A stretch of 64,000 bases of DNA from an uncultured Thermofilaceae archaeon. GTDB taxonomy: Archaea; Thermoproteota; Thermoprotei; Thermofilales; Thermofilaceae. This document shows, one piece after another, positions 28,267-37,286 of this stretch. Made by a program: the position numbers and the translations under genes. The notes below the pieces were generated by a model, which worked only from the letters and a program-made list of their open reading frames with translations, ran no database searches and was not told the origin of the DNA. Within the stretch, counting starts at the first letter, position 1. Each line of letters starts with the position of its first letter. Location: assembly GCA_964553765.1 (NCBI GenBank), contig CAZKLN010000002.1, positions 21,890 to 85,889 on the forward strand, given 5' to 3'.

Positions 28267-28653
28267 CTATTTATCAAACATATCTTTTAAAATCCTACTG
28301 ATCCTATACTTATAAGCCATTATAATAGGATCTTCTCTAAGTTCCTTACTCGCCTCTTTCATGTTAATTAATGAAATGAAGAGGTCCTCATAAGTTGTTG
28401 GTGAGAGAGCCTTACCCCTAGTTTTTTTCTCAAGCTTTACAATTCCATTTTTCTCTAATCTCTTAAGAGCCCTTAACACGCTCTCTCCTGTAATTACATA
28501 AGGTATGGCTCCTCTGCGTATATTGGATAGAGACCTGGGTATTTCACTCATCCATAGAACCCCGTGATAGATAAGAAGTGCCCTAACTATGTCTAACGCA
28601 AGTACGTCTTCAGAGATATTTGAGTTTTTTAAGTTTTTCAAGAAACTTTGCAT
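28267..28653 (-). CDS. wHTH protein, unknown function, divergent from the C5-methyltransferase gene
   Basis: SVLRALKRLEKNGIVKLEKKTRGK is wHTH-like. 128 aa. Confidence 0.4.
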   Translation of the reverse strand: MQSFLKNLKNSNISEDVLALDIVRALLIYHGVLWMSEIPRSLSNIRRGAIPYVITGESVLRALKRLEKNGIVKLEKKTRGKALSPTTYEDLFISLINMKEASKELREDPIIMAYKYRISRILKDMFDK

Positions 28654-28684
28654 AACTACGTTAAGTAATAAATTGTATATAAGC

Positions 28685-28698
28685 CTAATTAAAATTAG
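28685..28698. promoter_or_regulatory. Palindrome CTAATT-AA-AATTAG, 26 nt upstream of the methyltransferase ATG
   Basis: Read directly: 6-bp perfect arms in the 70-bp divergent intergenic region. It could equally be just an AT-rich TATA region. Confidence 0.25.
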
Positions 28699-28723
28699 CT
28701 AGTGAAACATTAAAAGGAAAACT

Positions 28724-29680
28724 ATGTACACGATAGTTGATCTTTTCTGTGGAGCAGGGGGCTTTTCAAGAGGGTTCAAAGACGAGGGGTTTAAAGTGAT
28801 CCTAGGAGTAGAGAACCTAGACATAATAGCTGAAACTTTTAAGAAAAATTTTCCTGAAGCGGTTATAATTGTAGAGGACATAAAAAACGTACACTCTAAG
28901 GATATTATCGAGATAGTAGACGAGCCGGATGTAGTAATAGGAGGGCCACCCTGTGAGGCGTTTACTAAGGCGAACCCTCGGAGAAAGGAGAATCCTATAG
29001 ATAGGTTGTATTCTGATCCTATAGGTAACCTCGTCCTTCACTTTGTGAGAATAGTAGGTGATTTAAGACCCAAAATCTTTGTTATGGAGAATGTTCCGGG
29101 AATCCTTGAGGGAGAACTGAAACATTATTTAACTAAGGAGTTTGGAAGAGTGGGATATGAGAAGATCTACTTTAACATACTTAAGGCTGAAAACTATGGT
29201 ACTCCCTCTCATAGAGTTAGGGTGTTTATTTCCAATATAAAAGTCAGGCCACTTTCCACTAAGAAGAAGGTGAAAGTGATAGATGCTATAGGCGACCTAC
29301 CCCCACCTGATTCCTTACATGACATTCCCAATCATGAACCTATACCTCTTTCAAAGAGAAAGAGAAAGCGTATTTCAAGGCTTAGATGGGGAGAAGCACT
29401 GATAAGATACAAAGGATCAGGAGAGAACATATATGCAAATCTAGTTAGACTACATCCATATAAGATAGCGCCCACAGTAATGGGCTCTTCAAGGTTTATA
29501 CATCCATTTGAAGATAGACTGTTAACTGTTAGAGAACAAGCGAGATTAATGGGATTTCCAGATGACCATGTCTTTCTAGGTGGAAGAGACGTGCAATTTA
29601 ATGAGATAGGAGAGGCTGTGCCTGTACCCTTATCTAGAGCTATAGCTAGAGTTGTAAAGGAGGAATTATCAAGTATATAG
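28724..29680 (+). CDS. DNA (cytosine-5)-methyltransferase-family protein, no adjacent endonuclease
   Basis: Motif I DLFCGAGGFSRGF, motif IV GGPPCEAFT, motif VI MENVPG, motif VIII SHRVRVFI, motif IX LTVREQARLMGFPD and motif X GEAVPVPL. Confidence 0.85.
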   Translation: MYTIVDLFCGAGGFSRGFKDEGFKVILGVENLDIIAETFKKNFPEAVIIVEDIKNVHSKDIIEIVDEPDVVIGGPPCEAFTKANPRRKENPIDRLYSDPIGNLVLHFVRIVGDLRPKIFVMENVPGILEGELKHYLTKEFGRVGYEKIYFNILKAENYGTPSHRVRVFISNIKVRPLSTKKKVKVIDAIGDLPPPDSLHDIPNHEPIPLSKRKRKRISRLRWGEALIRYKGSGENIYANLVRLHPYKIAPTVMGSSRFIHPFEDRLLTVREQARLMGFPDDHVFLGGRDVQFNEIGEAVPVPLSRAIARVVKEELSSI

Positions 29681-29707
29681 AGCAGGGATCATATTTAGGT
29701 ATCTGAT

Positions 29708-30157
29708 ATGGAGATAATACCGGTCTTACATAATGTAATGTCAGCTCAGAAAGTTCTAGAATCAGCTAAGCTGGTTTATGGCTTAGGATATAGATCCTTC
29801 ATAGTTTCTAAAGCCTCAGGTTCAGCTGCGCAAAGTGGTGTTCCTGACGCACAGAAGTTAGCTATAAAACATAACAGGGTCTTCCTTTTCCTTTATGACA
29901 TAGATGACGTACTGGAAATTCTAAAGCCAGATGAAGTGCTTACAGTAACCTCAGGTAAATATGGTGGTACACCTTTATCACAGATCATAAATCGGCTTAA
30001 GGGTAGAGTAGTCATCATATTCGGTGGATTAGAGCCCGGACTTTCAAGTAGAGAGCTTGAGAAGGGAGTGCACATATATCCAGATAGGGTAATGGAAGAC
30101 ATAGGTTCTATAGGCTTACTTGCAATAACGTTATATAAGTTAAGGGAAATCACTTAA
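29708..30157 (+). CDS. Minimal SPOUT (alpha/beta-knot) methyltransferase-like protein
   Basis: C-terminal [45 protein letters not shown] resembles the SPOUT knot region (xxFGxExxGL...IP...sl..a.A..lY). Confidence 0.45.
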   Translation: MEIIPVLHNVMSAQKVLESAKLVYGLGYRSFIVSKASGSAAQSGVPDAQKLAIKHNRVFLFLYDIDDVLEILKPDEVLTVTSGKYGGTPLSQIINRLKGRVVIIFGGLEPGLSSRELEKGVHIYPDRVMEDIGSIGLLAITLYKLREIT

Positions 30158-30338
30158 TCCTTATCCTGTAAACCTTTTTGTTCTGCCATGAATACCTCCT
30201 TAGCTTTTTAGATCTACCGAATCCACATGCAGCACAATATTTTTTTCTAATATTATAGCTGTGTCTGCCACACCTTCTACATCGTATATGGGTCTTTCCG
30301 CGCCCTCTTTTCCCAAAGGAGGTAGTACCTTTGACCAT
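30150..30338 (-). CDS. rpl37e: 50S ribosomal protein L37e (eL37)
   Basis: [43 protein letters not shown] 30338 lies 5 nt after GAGGTGA; the track's earlier GTG start sits inside that SD. Confidence 0.95.
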   Translation of the reverse strand: MVKGTTSFGKRGRGKTHIRCRRCGRHSYNIRKKYCAACGFGRSKKLRRYSWQNKKVYRIRIK

Positions 30339-30352
30339 TATATTCACCTCTT

Positions 30353-30574
30353 TTAGGTAGCTGGACTTATCAGTATTACGTTATCTCCTCTTACTATCAC
30401 AGTACCTAACTTTCTCGTCTTAGACTCCTGCATTTCTTCTGCATCATCAAGCACTAAGTTTAAATGTTGATCAAAGCTCTGAAGAATTCCTCTTAGTTCT
30501 CTTCCGCCTTTAAGTTTCACTAACACGGTAGTACCCAATGACTTATGTAATAGTTCTGAGGTACCTGGTGGCAA
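30353..30574 (-). CDS. Sm-like archaeal protein (SmAP/LSm)
   Basis: [31 protein letters not shown]...[15 protein letters not shown] (Sm1/Sm2 motifs). TTG start preceded by GGAGG. This is the conserved Sm-L37e pair. Confidence 0.9.
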   Translation of the reverse strand: MPPGTSELLHKSLGTTVLVKLKGGRELRGILQSFDQHLNLVLDDAEEMQESKTRKLGTVIVRGDNVILISPAT

Positions 30575-30691
30575 GCTTATCCCTCCTGAGAAGGCTATCT
30601 AGACTTACTTATAAGCATTTTTCCTTGAGAAAAAAGGAGGATTCAAGAAAAATATTTTGAAGTCAATGGTTAGTATCACAGGGGTTAAACT

Positions 30692-31747
30692 TTGAACTCT
30701 TTACACCTACTGATATTATCGATATTGCTTATTTTATTTATTACACTACTTACCACTTATTCAGAGACCTCTAAGGCAATATTAAAGATAACAATTAATG
30801 ATGCTAGAGATCTACCAACACCAGGATTCATGGACTTAAACTCTGTAAATATGCTTTTTTTTAATAAAACAAAGGTATTAAAAGTTATTGTTAAATATTA
30901 TAATATTTTACCTATTAAATTTATTAATACTAATATAAATGTTTATATAAGAAATATTGAATTAAAGTATCCAATATTAATCATAAATATGACTAACGAT
31001 AAAGGATATTTAAAGATTATATTTCATAATCAATCGTTTTTACTTAATGCTTCTAGATATTATTTCAAAAATAAACAAGTTGTTTCAGAGTATAACCTAA
31101 CCTGCTTACCCTTTAACATCACAAAAGGTAAATATTTGGTTAGCATAAGAAGTGAAGTTATTACATGGGATGTTTTTGACGATGTGCTTTTTTATAAACC
31201 TGGAGGTGTTACCAAAGTCATAGTGGATGGAGAGCCTTATGATTGGCTATTCACGAGATTCCTTACCTTATACGGTGAGGGAAGAGACACCTATTATGGA
31301 GTTAGAAATGAAGGGCTTGATATGGACTATGGCGCGGTCCTTCTTACAGATAATTCTACACATATTATATTAAGGGTAGACCCTATAGAGGAACCTACAT
31401 TAAATCCAAACATCATTCGGAAAGTAATGCTTCTCATAGATATAGATAGTAATAGTTCTACAGGATATTTAAATAACGGATTAGGTTTTGACTATTACGC
31501 AGATATAAGATATATAGCTTCATCACGAAAAAACATAACTGCTATTCTTAATTTATATAAATGGAATAATTATAAAAATAAATTTGAGAAAGTTCTTAAT
31601 AATATGAGATTCACTTTAAATAAATTTAAAGTAATCGAGGGAGCGATTCCTCTTCAAGAAATGAAGGTCAATAGAAGAATACGATTGAAAATATGGGTGG
31701 ATAATATAGCTATAGATGAAGTTAAGAAGGTTATATATGTTGACTAA
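30692..31747 (+). CDS. Secreted/anchored protein, unknown function, markedly AT-rich
   Basis: N-terminal TM/signal LHLLILSILLILFITLLTT, Asn/Ile/Lys-rich throughout. LLIDIDSNSSTGYLNNGLGFDYYADI resembles sugar-binding beta-sandwich modules. Confidence 0.5.
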   Translation: MNSLHLLILSILLILFITLLTTYSETSKAILKITINDARDLPTPGFMDLNSVNMLFFNKTKVLKVIVKYYNILPIKFINTNINVYIRNIELKYPILIINMTNDKGYLKIIFHNQSFLLNASRYYFKNKQVVSEYNLTCLPFNITKGKYLVSIRSEVITWDVFDDVLFYKPGGVTKVIVDGEPYDWLFTRFLTLYGEGRDTYYGVRNEGLDMDYGAVLLTDNSTHIILRVDPIEEPTLNPNIIRKVMLLIDIDSNSSTGYLNNGLGFDYYADIRYIASSRKNITAILNLYKWNNYKNKFEKVLNNMRFTLNKFKVIEGAIPLQEMKVNRRIRLKIWVDNIAIDEVKKVIYVD

Positions 31748-31762
31748 AAATTTAGCATAAAC

Positions 31763-34669
31763 TTATTTTTTAATCTTCACTATTATAGCAGGTTTTGCAG
31801 GGAGAGCATCCTTTGCCTTAGGATTATCTACTTTATTTTCTTCTAAAATCTCCACCTTTATCCCGATCTCTTTTTCAAAAAAGGTCTTAGCCTCTATTAG
31901 CACTTTTCTTTCAAGTTGAGGCTCTATTAAAAGGGAGAGTATCTCTTGGAATTTAACTATTCTGGAGACTATTCTTGAAACCTCTACTTTACTAACGTTA
32001 AAGTTTTGTCTAAGAACATCCTTGATGACCTCTTTAAGCTTTTCCCTTTTATTAACCCTCGCAAAAATCTCTTTACATAACTCATACTTCCAATCCGAAG
32101 GCAGCACTAGCACTATTTCAGAGGGGTTTCCCTTTAAAATCCTCAATATCTCCCTTATATCGTTAAGTGTTCTTTTTACAATCTCCTCTGCCTTCTCAAA
32201 TTCAGGTTTTATTTTTGACTTATTCGGTTCGGGCCATTTAGCTAAGCTTATGTAGCTTTTTTTACCTATTTTCTCCCAAATCTCCTCTGTTATATGAGGT
32301 GTAAAAGGAGCTAATATAAGTGTTTGATACTCTATAAACTTCTTTAATAGCTCTTTGTTAGGAACCTGAGTCCTTCTCATGTACCACTTAAACTCGTTCT
32401 GAAGCTTGAAGAAACCTTCATTAAGCACAGACTTAAAGTTAGTTTCCTCCATAAGCTCTGTAACTCTCTCTATCGTCCTATTAAGGACGCTTTCGAACCA
32501 CTCCTCTATATATCCTCTTTCATCCTTACCCTTACCATAATTGGCTATAGCAAACTCGTACCAGTCATATAATATATTTATAGCCTTACTCGCTAACTCG
32601 GGTTCGAAGTTAGGGTCCTCTAAACCTGCATCCCCAGCATATGCTTCAGCAAGCCTGGTGGCATCAGCGCCCCATCTATTTATCGCCTCTCTAAGCAATA
32701 TGAAGTTACCGAGAGACTTAGCCATTTTTTTCCCCTCTACCATTATCCATCCATTTATTCCCACGCCCTTAGGCCAGTGATGTTCAGGGAATAGAGCTAC
32801 ATGATGCATTATGAAGAATATTATGTGATTATTCATCAGGTCTTTTCCAGAGATTCTTAAATCCACTGGATACCAGTAGAGGAACTCTTCTCTCATAGTC
32901 TCTAAAAGATATTTACTTATCCCTGTCTTCTCGGAGAGCTTATCTAGATCACCTTTTCCATAGAAAACATAGTCGAAGAATGAGGGGTCTAATCTATTCC
33001 AATCTATCCCATATTTCTCCGGATGTTGAAGGTATTTAGCTATAGTATAGTAAGCCATGTAGATTGTCGAGTCACTTAATGATTCAAGAACCCACTCGCT
33101 ATCCCAGGGCAATGGCGTACCGAGCTTACCTTTATGAGTGCAAGCCCAATCATCATACCAATCAATTTGAGAATGAAATATATTCGTTAAATCACTAGGA
33201 AGGAGTCTCATCATGTCTACACATTTATGTGCCTTCTTCTTCCATTCCTTGTCACTATATCTTAGGAACCATTGATTCTTTACTATCTTAACATGCGTCT
33301 TAGCTCCGCATCTGCAATATACCTCTTGAGGTAATGTCCAATGCCTAAGGGCTATGTTCCTAGATACAAACTCTTCTATTATTTTTTCCTTAGCTTCATA
33401 AACCTTTAATCCTGCATACTTACCAAATATATCTTTAAGGATCCCTTCGTAAAACTCCTTTGAATAAATTTCCTTAGTAGCCTCATCGAGCTTTTTCTTT
33501 TCATCTTGGCTCTTGATCCCTAAGACGTTAACTATATGCTCTGCTGGATGTTCCCCATACCCCTTGAGTTTTATTATACTCCTTAGATTCACTTTCTCAA
33601 GTAACTTAGGATTGAGCTTGTACTCACTAAGTTTATCGGGACTTCTTTTCAAATCCATTAAAGCTACATAATCGTATGGAGCATGAGAGGGCACAGACAT
33701 TACAATGCCTGTTCCAAGCTCTGGATTAACAAAGTTAGCTGGAAGTATAGGCACTTCCTCTTGAGTAACAGGATTTATAACTTCTTTTCCTATCAGCTCA
33801 CTCCCTTGTACTTTTCCAACTATTTCAACTTTGTAGTCCTGATCCTTTAATTCCTCAAATATGTAGCTGGACGCTATCCATCTTTCGTTATTGACTAATG
33901 CTACTTTATACTCCGCATCAGGTCTAACCCATATATTAACAGCACCGTAAACAGTCTCGGGTCTATAAGTAAGACAGGGATATATGTTACCTTCTTTGTC
34001 TTTAAACTTTATTAAAACCACTTCTTCTGGCCCTATCCCCGCGTACTCATCAGGCCTATCGTGATCGCTTACAACCTTTCCCTCCTTGGGACACCATACG
34101 ACTGGATGCTTACCTTTAGTTATCAGTCCCTTCTCTTTAAGCTTAAGATATTGCCACTGGATAAACTTATTATAAGGAGGATTGAGATACGTTGTGAAGA
34201 ACTCCCTTCTCCAGTCTATTGACAACCCGTACTTCTCAAAGTCTTCTCTCCAAGCTTTAGTAAAAAATCTTACCCAGTACTCAGGATCTTCAAACTTAGG
34301 TATTTCCTCTTCCTTTATCCCCATAGACTTAAGTATGTTAATCTGTTTGGGGTCTCTCTCCTTAACCCTTAAAGCAGCAGCAACTATGGGCCCTCCAGTA
34401 GCATGCCATCCCTGAGGAAACAGCACGTTAAATCCTCTCATCCTTTTATACCTTGCTATTATGTCAACTCTGAGAACTGTATAGGCTGATCCGAGATGCG
34501 GATACGCGTTAACGTACGGATAAGGGAAAGTTACGAAGAATTTAGGTCTTTCATCGGGATCAGCCTCAAAAATTCTGTCTTTTCTCCATCTTTCCTGCCA
34601 CTTGTTTTCGATCGATCTAAGGAAACTTAACCTGTCTTTATTAACTAAGCCAGGCTTAGCAAAGGCTAT
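31763..34669 (-). CDS. leuS: Leucyl-tRNA synthetase; the true N-terminus extends 76 codons upstream of the track ORF and has no canonical start
   Basis: The track ORF begins at MRGFNVLFPQGWHATG. The same frame upstream encodes IENKWQERWRKDRIFEADPDERPKFFVTFPYPYVNAYPHLGSAYTVLRVDIIARYKR (HIGH-type region). The KMSKS-type motif is KKMAKSLGN. Confidence 0.9.
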   Translation of the reverse strand: MAFAKPGLVNKDRLSFLRSIENKWQERWRKDRIFEADPDERPKFFVTFPYPYVNAYPHLGSAYTVLRVDIIARYKRMRGFNVLFPQGWHATGGPIVAAALRVKERDPKQINILKSMGIKEEEIPKFEDPEYWVRFFTKAWREDFEKYGLSIDWRREFFTTYLNPPYNKFIQWQYLKLKEKGLITKGKHPVVWCPKEGKVVSDHDRPDEYAGIGPEEVVLIKFKDKEGNIYPCLTYRPETVYGAVNIWVRPDAEYKVALVNNERWIASSYIFEELKDQDYKVEIVGKVQGSELIGKEVINPVTQEEVPILPANFVNPELGTGIVMSVPSHAPYDYVALMDLKRSPDKLSEYKLNPKLLEKVNLRSIIKLKGYGEHPAEHIVNVLGIKSQDEKKKLDEATKEIYSKEFYEGILKDIFGKYAGLKVYEAKEKIIEEFVSRNIALRHWTLPQEVYCRCGAKTHVKIVKNQWFLRYSDKEWKKKAHKCVDMMRLLPSDLTNIFHSQIDWYDDWACTHKGKLGTPLPWDSEWVLESLSDSTIYMAYYTIAKYLQHPEKYGIDWNRLDPSFFDYVFYGKGDLDKLSEKTGISKYLLETMREEFLYWYPVDLRISGKDLMNNHIIFFIMHHVALFPEHHWPKGVGINGWIMVEGKKMAKSLGNFILLREAINRWGADATRLAEAYAGDAGLEDPNFEPELASKAINILYDWYEFAIANYGKGKDERGYIEEWFESVLNRTIERVTELMEETNFKSVLNEGFFKLQNEFKWYMRRTQVPNKELLKKFIEYQTLILAPFTPHITEEIWEKIGKKSYISLAKWPEPNKSKIKPEFEKAEEIVKRTLNDIREILRILKGNPSEIVLVLPSDWKYELCKEIFARVNKREKLKEVIKDVLRQNFNVSKVEVSRIVSRIVKFQEILSLLIEPQLERKVLIEAKTFFEKEIGIKVEILEENKVDNPKAKDALPAKPAIIVKIKK

Positions 34670-34789
34670 TCACCACCTTACCTTTATTTTGGGGCTTGGC
34701 TTAAAACTTTTCCTATTTAAGTTTCTCACAGTTCCACTATAAAAGTGAGAGAAAGTTTTATCTACTAATTAATCTCCTTTATGTTTTAG

Positions 34790-34868
34790 GCGGCCGTGGT
34801 CTAGTCTGGATTAGGATGGCGGCCTGCCACGCCGCAGGACCCGGGTTCGAATCCCGGCGGCCGCACCA
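34790..34868 (+). tRNA. tRNA-Gly (anticodon GCC), CCA encoded
   Basis: GCGGCCG/TG/GTCT-AGTCTGGATTA-GGAT/G/GCGGC-CTGCCAC-GCCGC/AGGAC/CCGGG-TTCGAAT-CCCGG/CGGCCGC/A/CCA. Confidence 0.95.
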
Positions 34869-34914
34869 AAAGTTTCTTATATCGTTATATCCTTTTGCAG
34901 AAAGGTGTTATGAT

Positions 34915-35121
34915 TTGATAATCCCTATAAGGTGTTTTACTTGCGGCGCTTTAATAGCCGATAAGTGGGAGGAGTTCGCCAAAGAGGTAAAAAGCGGAAA
35001 AGACCCTGGTGAAGTACTTGACAGGTTAGGAGTTAGAAGGTATTGTTGCAGAAGAATGTTTCTTTCACATGTTGAGTTAATAGATGAAATATTGAAATAT
35101 GAGAAAGAGAGTAGAGAGTGA
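34915..35121 (+). CDS. rpoN: DNA-directed RNA polymerase subunit N (Rpo10)
   Basis: (M)[20 protein letters not shown]...[22 protein letters not shown] start 7 nt after AAAGGTG. The longer track ORF (34816..) overlaps tRNA-Gly and is not credible upstream of 34915. Confidence 0.9.
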   Translation: MIIPIRCFTCGALIADKWEEFAKEVKSGKDPGEVLDRLGVRRYCCRRMFLSHVELIDEILKYEKESRE

Positions 35122-35523
35122 TTACCTATAACTTTTCTGCCTTTTAGCCCTAGCTGATCTACCTCTAGGCTTTTTAGGCTCTGTTTGTCTAGGATCCTCT
35201 ACTAATAAGTGTCTATCATATTTCATGTAAAGCTCTTTAAGTTCCTCTGATTTACTCCATTCAACTAAACCCCTTGCTATGGCAGTTCTAATGGCGGAAG
35301 CTTGGCCCATGATGCCTCCACCTTTAGCTTCAGCTATTATATCTACTTTACTCACTATCTCGTCACCTGCTAGGTATACCGGTTCCATGATCTTAAGCCT
35401 AGCAAGTTCTGGTTCAAATATCTCTAAAGGTGCTCCGTTCACGAATACTCTTCCCTTACCCTCTCTTATTAATACCCTAGCCCTAGCAGTTTTCCTTCTC
35501 GCCGATGTCAAGACTATTTTCAT
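35122..35523 (-). CDS. rps9: 30S ribosomal protein S9 (uS9)
   Basis: [10 protein letters not shown]-type start ([18 protein letters not shown]), [19 protein letters not shown] and a C-terminal ...RAKRQKSYR. Confidence 0.95.
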   Translation of the reverse strand: MKIVLTSARRKTARARVLIREGKGRVFVNGAPLEIFEPELARLKIMEPVYLAGDEIVSKVDIIAEAKGGGIMGQASAIRTAIARGLVEWSKSEELKELYMKYDRHLLVEDPRQTEPKKPRGRSARAKRQKSYR

Positions 35524-35525
35524 AA

Positions 35526-35978
35526 CTAACCTCCTGTTAATGCCTTATGAAGCTCACCTAACGTCATTCTAGGAATGTTCTCATTCCTTAAAAACGCCTC
35601 CTTGATCTTAACCTTTTTTACAGACTCTAACTCTTCAGGAACACCAACATAGACCTTTAATCTCTTAAACGCTTCTCTACCCTTCGATTTCTTCCATGGA
35701 AGCATCCCTCTTACGATTCTCTTGAAGAGTCTATCGGGTCTTCTAGGGTATTTAGGTCCTCTCTTTTCAGGATTATAGTACGTCCTCCATTCACTTATTC
35801 TTTTCATGTATTTCTCTATTATCCTTCTCGGTTTGCCGGTTATAATTATCTTTTCAGCATTAACTACAACTATTCTTTCCCCATTGAGAAGTTTCTTAGC
35901 TATTACACTAGCTAATCTACCAGCTACCATACCTTCCCCATCTACCACTGTGATCCCTTGAGTAAATTGCTTAGACAA
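35526..35978 (-). CDS. rpl13: 50S ribosomal protein L13 (uL13)
   Basis: [38 protein letters not shown]...RIVRGMLP. Confidence 0.95.
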   Translation of the reverse strand: MSKQFTQGITVVDGEGMVAGRLASVIAKKLLNGERIVVVNAEKIIITGKPRRIIEKYMKRISEWRTYYNPEKRGPKYPRRPDRLFKRIVRGMLPWKKSKGREAFKRLKVYVGVPEELESVKKVKIKEAFLRNENIPRMTLGELHKALTGG

Positions 35979-36330
35979 TTATCTTCACCCCTTTTCCGTT
36001 AGGATTTTCCTCTAATAGTTCTTGAAGAGTTAAAGCTCTCCCCTTTTTTAATATTTTTTCGTATGCTTTTTTAGAGAAGTTCCAGGCAGCTACTGTTACT
36101 GAGTGGTCTAACTCTCCGCTACCTAAAACCTTACCTGGAACTACGACGGTCTCCCCTTCTGAAGAATACCTGTTAATTTTACTTATATTAACTTCCACAA
36201 AGTCACGAGTAGGCTTACTTAATAGTTCAGCTACCCTTCTCCACACTTTAGCTTTATTCTCCCTTGAAATCTTACGCAACTTATGTATAAGCCTTCGTAA
36301 GTGAACGTTAGTTGATCCTGTTCTCTTCAT
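35971..36330 (-). CDS. rpl18e: 50S ribosomal protein L18e (eL18)
   Basis: KRTGSTNVHLRRLIHKLRKISRENKAKVWRRVAELL...VVVPGKVLGSG, in the conserved position between rpoD and rpl13. Confidence 0.9.
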   Translation of the reverse strand: MKRTGSTNVHLRRLIHKLRKISRENKAKVWRRVAELLSKPTRDFVEVNISKINRYSSEGETVVVPGKVLGSGELDHSVTVAAWNFSKKAYEKILKKGRALTLQELLEENPNGKGVKIIV

Positions 36331-36364
36331 GAAACATCCTCCACTAAGGGTAATGGCAAGGCAT

Positions 36365-37237
36365 TTAAACTTTAGCTCTTACAAGATTCTTTAGTTTCTC
36401 AGTAAGCTCATCTAATTTTCTCTCTAAGCTCTCTACAGCAGTGGATAGGATCTCTATTAGAGGTAAGGTTCCATGAGTCTCTACTTTAAATATTATCGTT
36501 CTTTTATCCCATCTTACTTTTATGTAATCGGGACAGGCTTCTTCACATGCTCTACAAAGGGTGCATGAAAGAGGGTCAATAATCTTAAGCTTTCCATCTT
36601 CTATGCCGAAAACTCCTTTCGGACATACTGAGATACATTTTTCACAATCCTCATTACATACAGGATTAAGAAGCTTTATGACAGGTTTATATTTATAAGT
36701 TGAAGAAGAGACCGGTTGCCACTTAGCATGGTCTTTACCTATTCCCATCCTAGCATATGCTTCAAGAATAAGTTTTTGCCCTCTCTCTAGTTTTATTATG
36801 GGTATCTTATCACTAACAGGTCTTATATCTACTTTGATGTTTTCAGGTAATATAGAACTAAGAGGACCTTCATACTTCAGATCACTCGAATAAATGACTC
36901 GTGGTTCACCGAGCGCCTCTACCTCTAAAGTAAAAAGTAATGTACACTCTTCTCTTTTACCTTCCCAGTAACATTCCTTTAATACCTTATAAGTCTCTTT
37001 ATCAATGTATAAAGGTATTAGAGCAAGTCTATGCGCTATTACCTCATCGAACATTGCTGTGCTATTTTCTAGAAAAACCACCTCATCTATAGCTAGTGTA
37101 GGTACCTCGGATAATACGGCTCTTCTTATCGAGTTGGCTATCGCAGGAGTTATATTCTCTATTATAAACTCAGCATAATTCTTTCCATGTTTAAGCAAGG
37201 TTGCCTTAGGTCTTAGCTCACTCACTCTATTCACCAA
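36365..37237 (-). CDS. rpoD: DNA-directed RNA polymerase subunit D (Rpo3) with a ferredoxin-like Cys-cluster domain
   Basis: AIANSIRRAVLSEVPTLAIDEV, plus CNEDCEKCISVCP and CTLCRACEEACP cluster motifs. Confidence 0.9.
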   Translation of the reverse strand: MVNRVSELRPKATLLKHGKNYAEFIIENITPAIANSIRRAVLSEVPTLAIDEVVFLENSTAMFDEVIAHRLALIPLYIDKETYKVLKECYWEGKREECTLLFTLEVEALGEPRVIYSSDLKYEGPLSSILPENIKVDIRPVSDKIPIIKLERGQKLILEAYARMGIGKDHAKWQPVSSSTYKYKPVIKLLNPVCNEDCEKCISVCPKGVFGIEDGKLKIIDPLSCTLCRACEEACPDYIKVRWDKRTIIFKVETHGTLPLIEILSTAVESLERKLDELTEKLKNLVRAKV

Positions 37238-37286
37238 AAGATACGAAGGTATTTTGTTAGCTTAGATATAATAATATTTATTTTAT

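Noticed and set aside
29708-30157. The 149-aa ORF downstream of the C5-methyltransferase as its cognate restriction endonuclease
   Set aside because: No PD-(D/E)XK, HNH or GIY-YIG motif. The C-terminus instead matches the SPOUT knot pattern, and the protein is small for a type II endonuclease.
34719-34752. Imperfect inverted repeat TTTCTCAC-N15-GTGAGAGAAA between leuS and tRNA-Gly
   Set aside because: Only 6-7 bp pair and the sequence is AT-rich. It is probably a chance occurrence within the promoter region.
7999-34868. tRNA-linked integrated element (att duplication) next to any of the three tRNA genes
   Set aside because: I found no second copy of any tRNA 3' half (for example GGTTCAAATCCCGC or GGTTCGAATCCCGG) elsewhere in the window, and there is no integrase gene.
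34816-34914. N-terminal 33 codons of the track ORF 34816..35121
   Set aside because: This part lies inside tRNA-Gly and its 3' flank ([18 protein letters not shown] is the tRNA read as protein). The real rpoN starts at TTG 34915, after an AAAGGTG SD.
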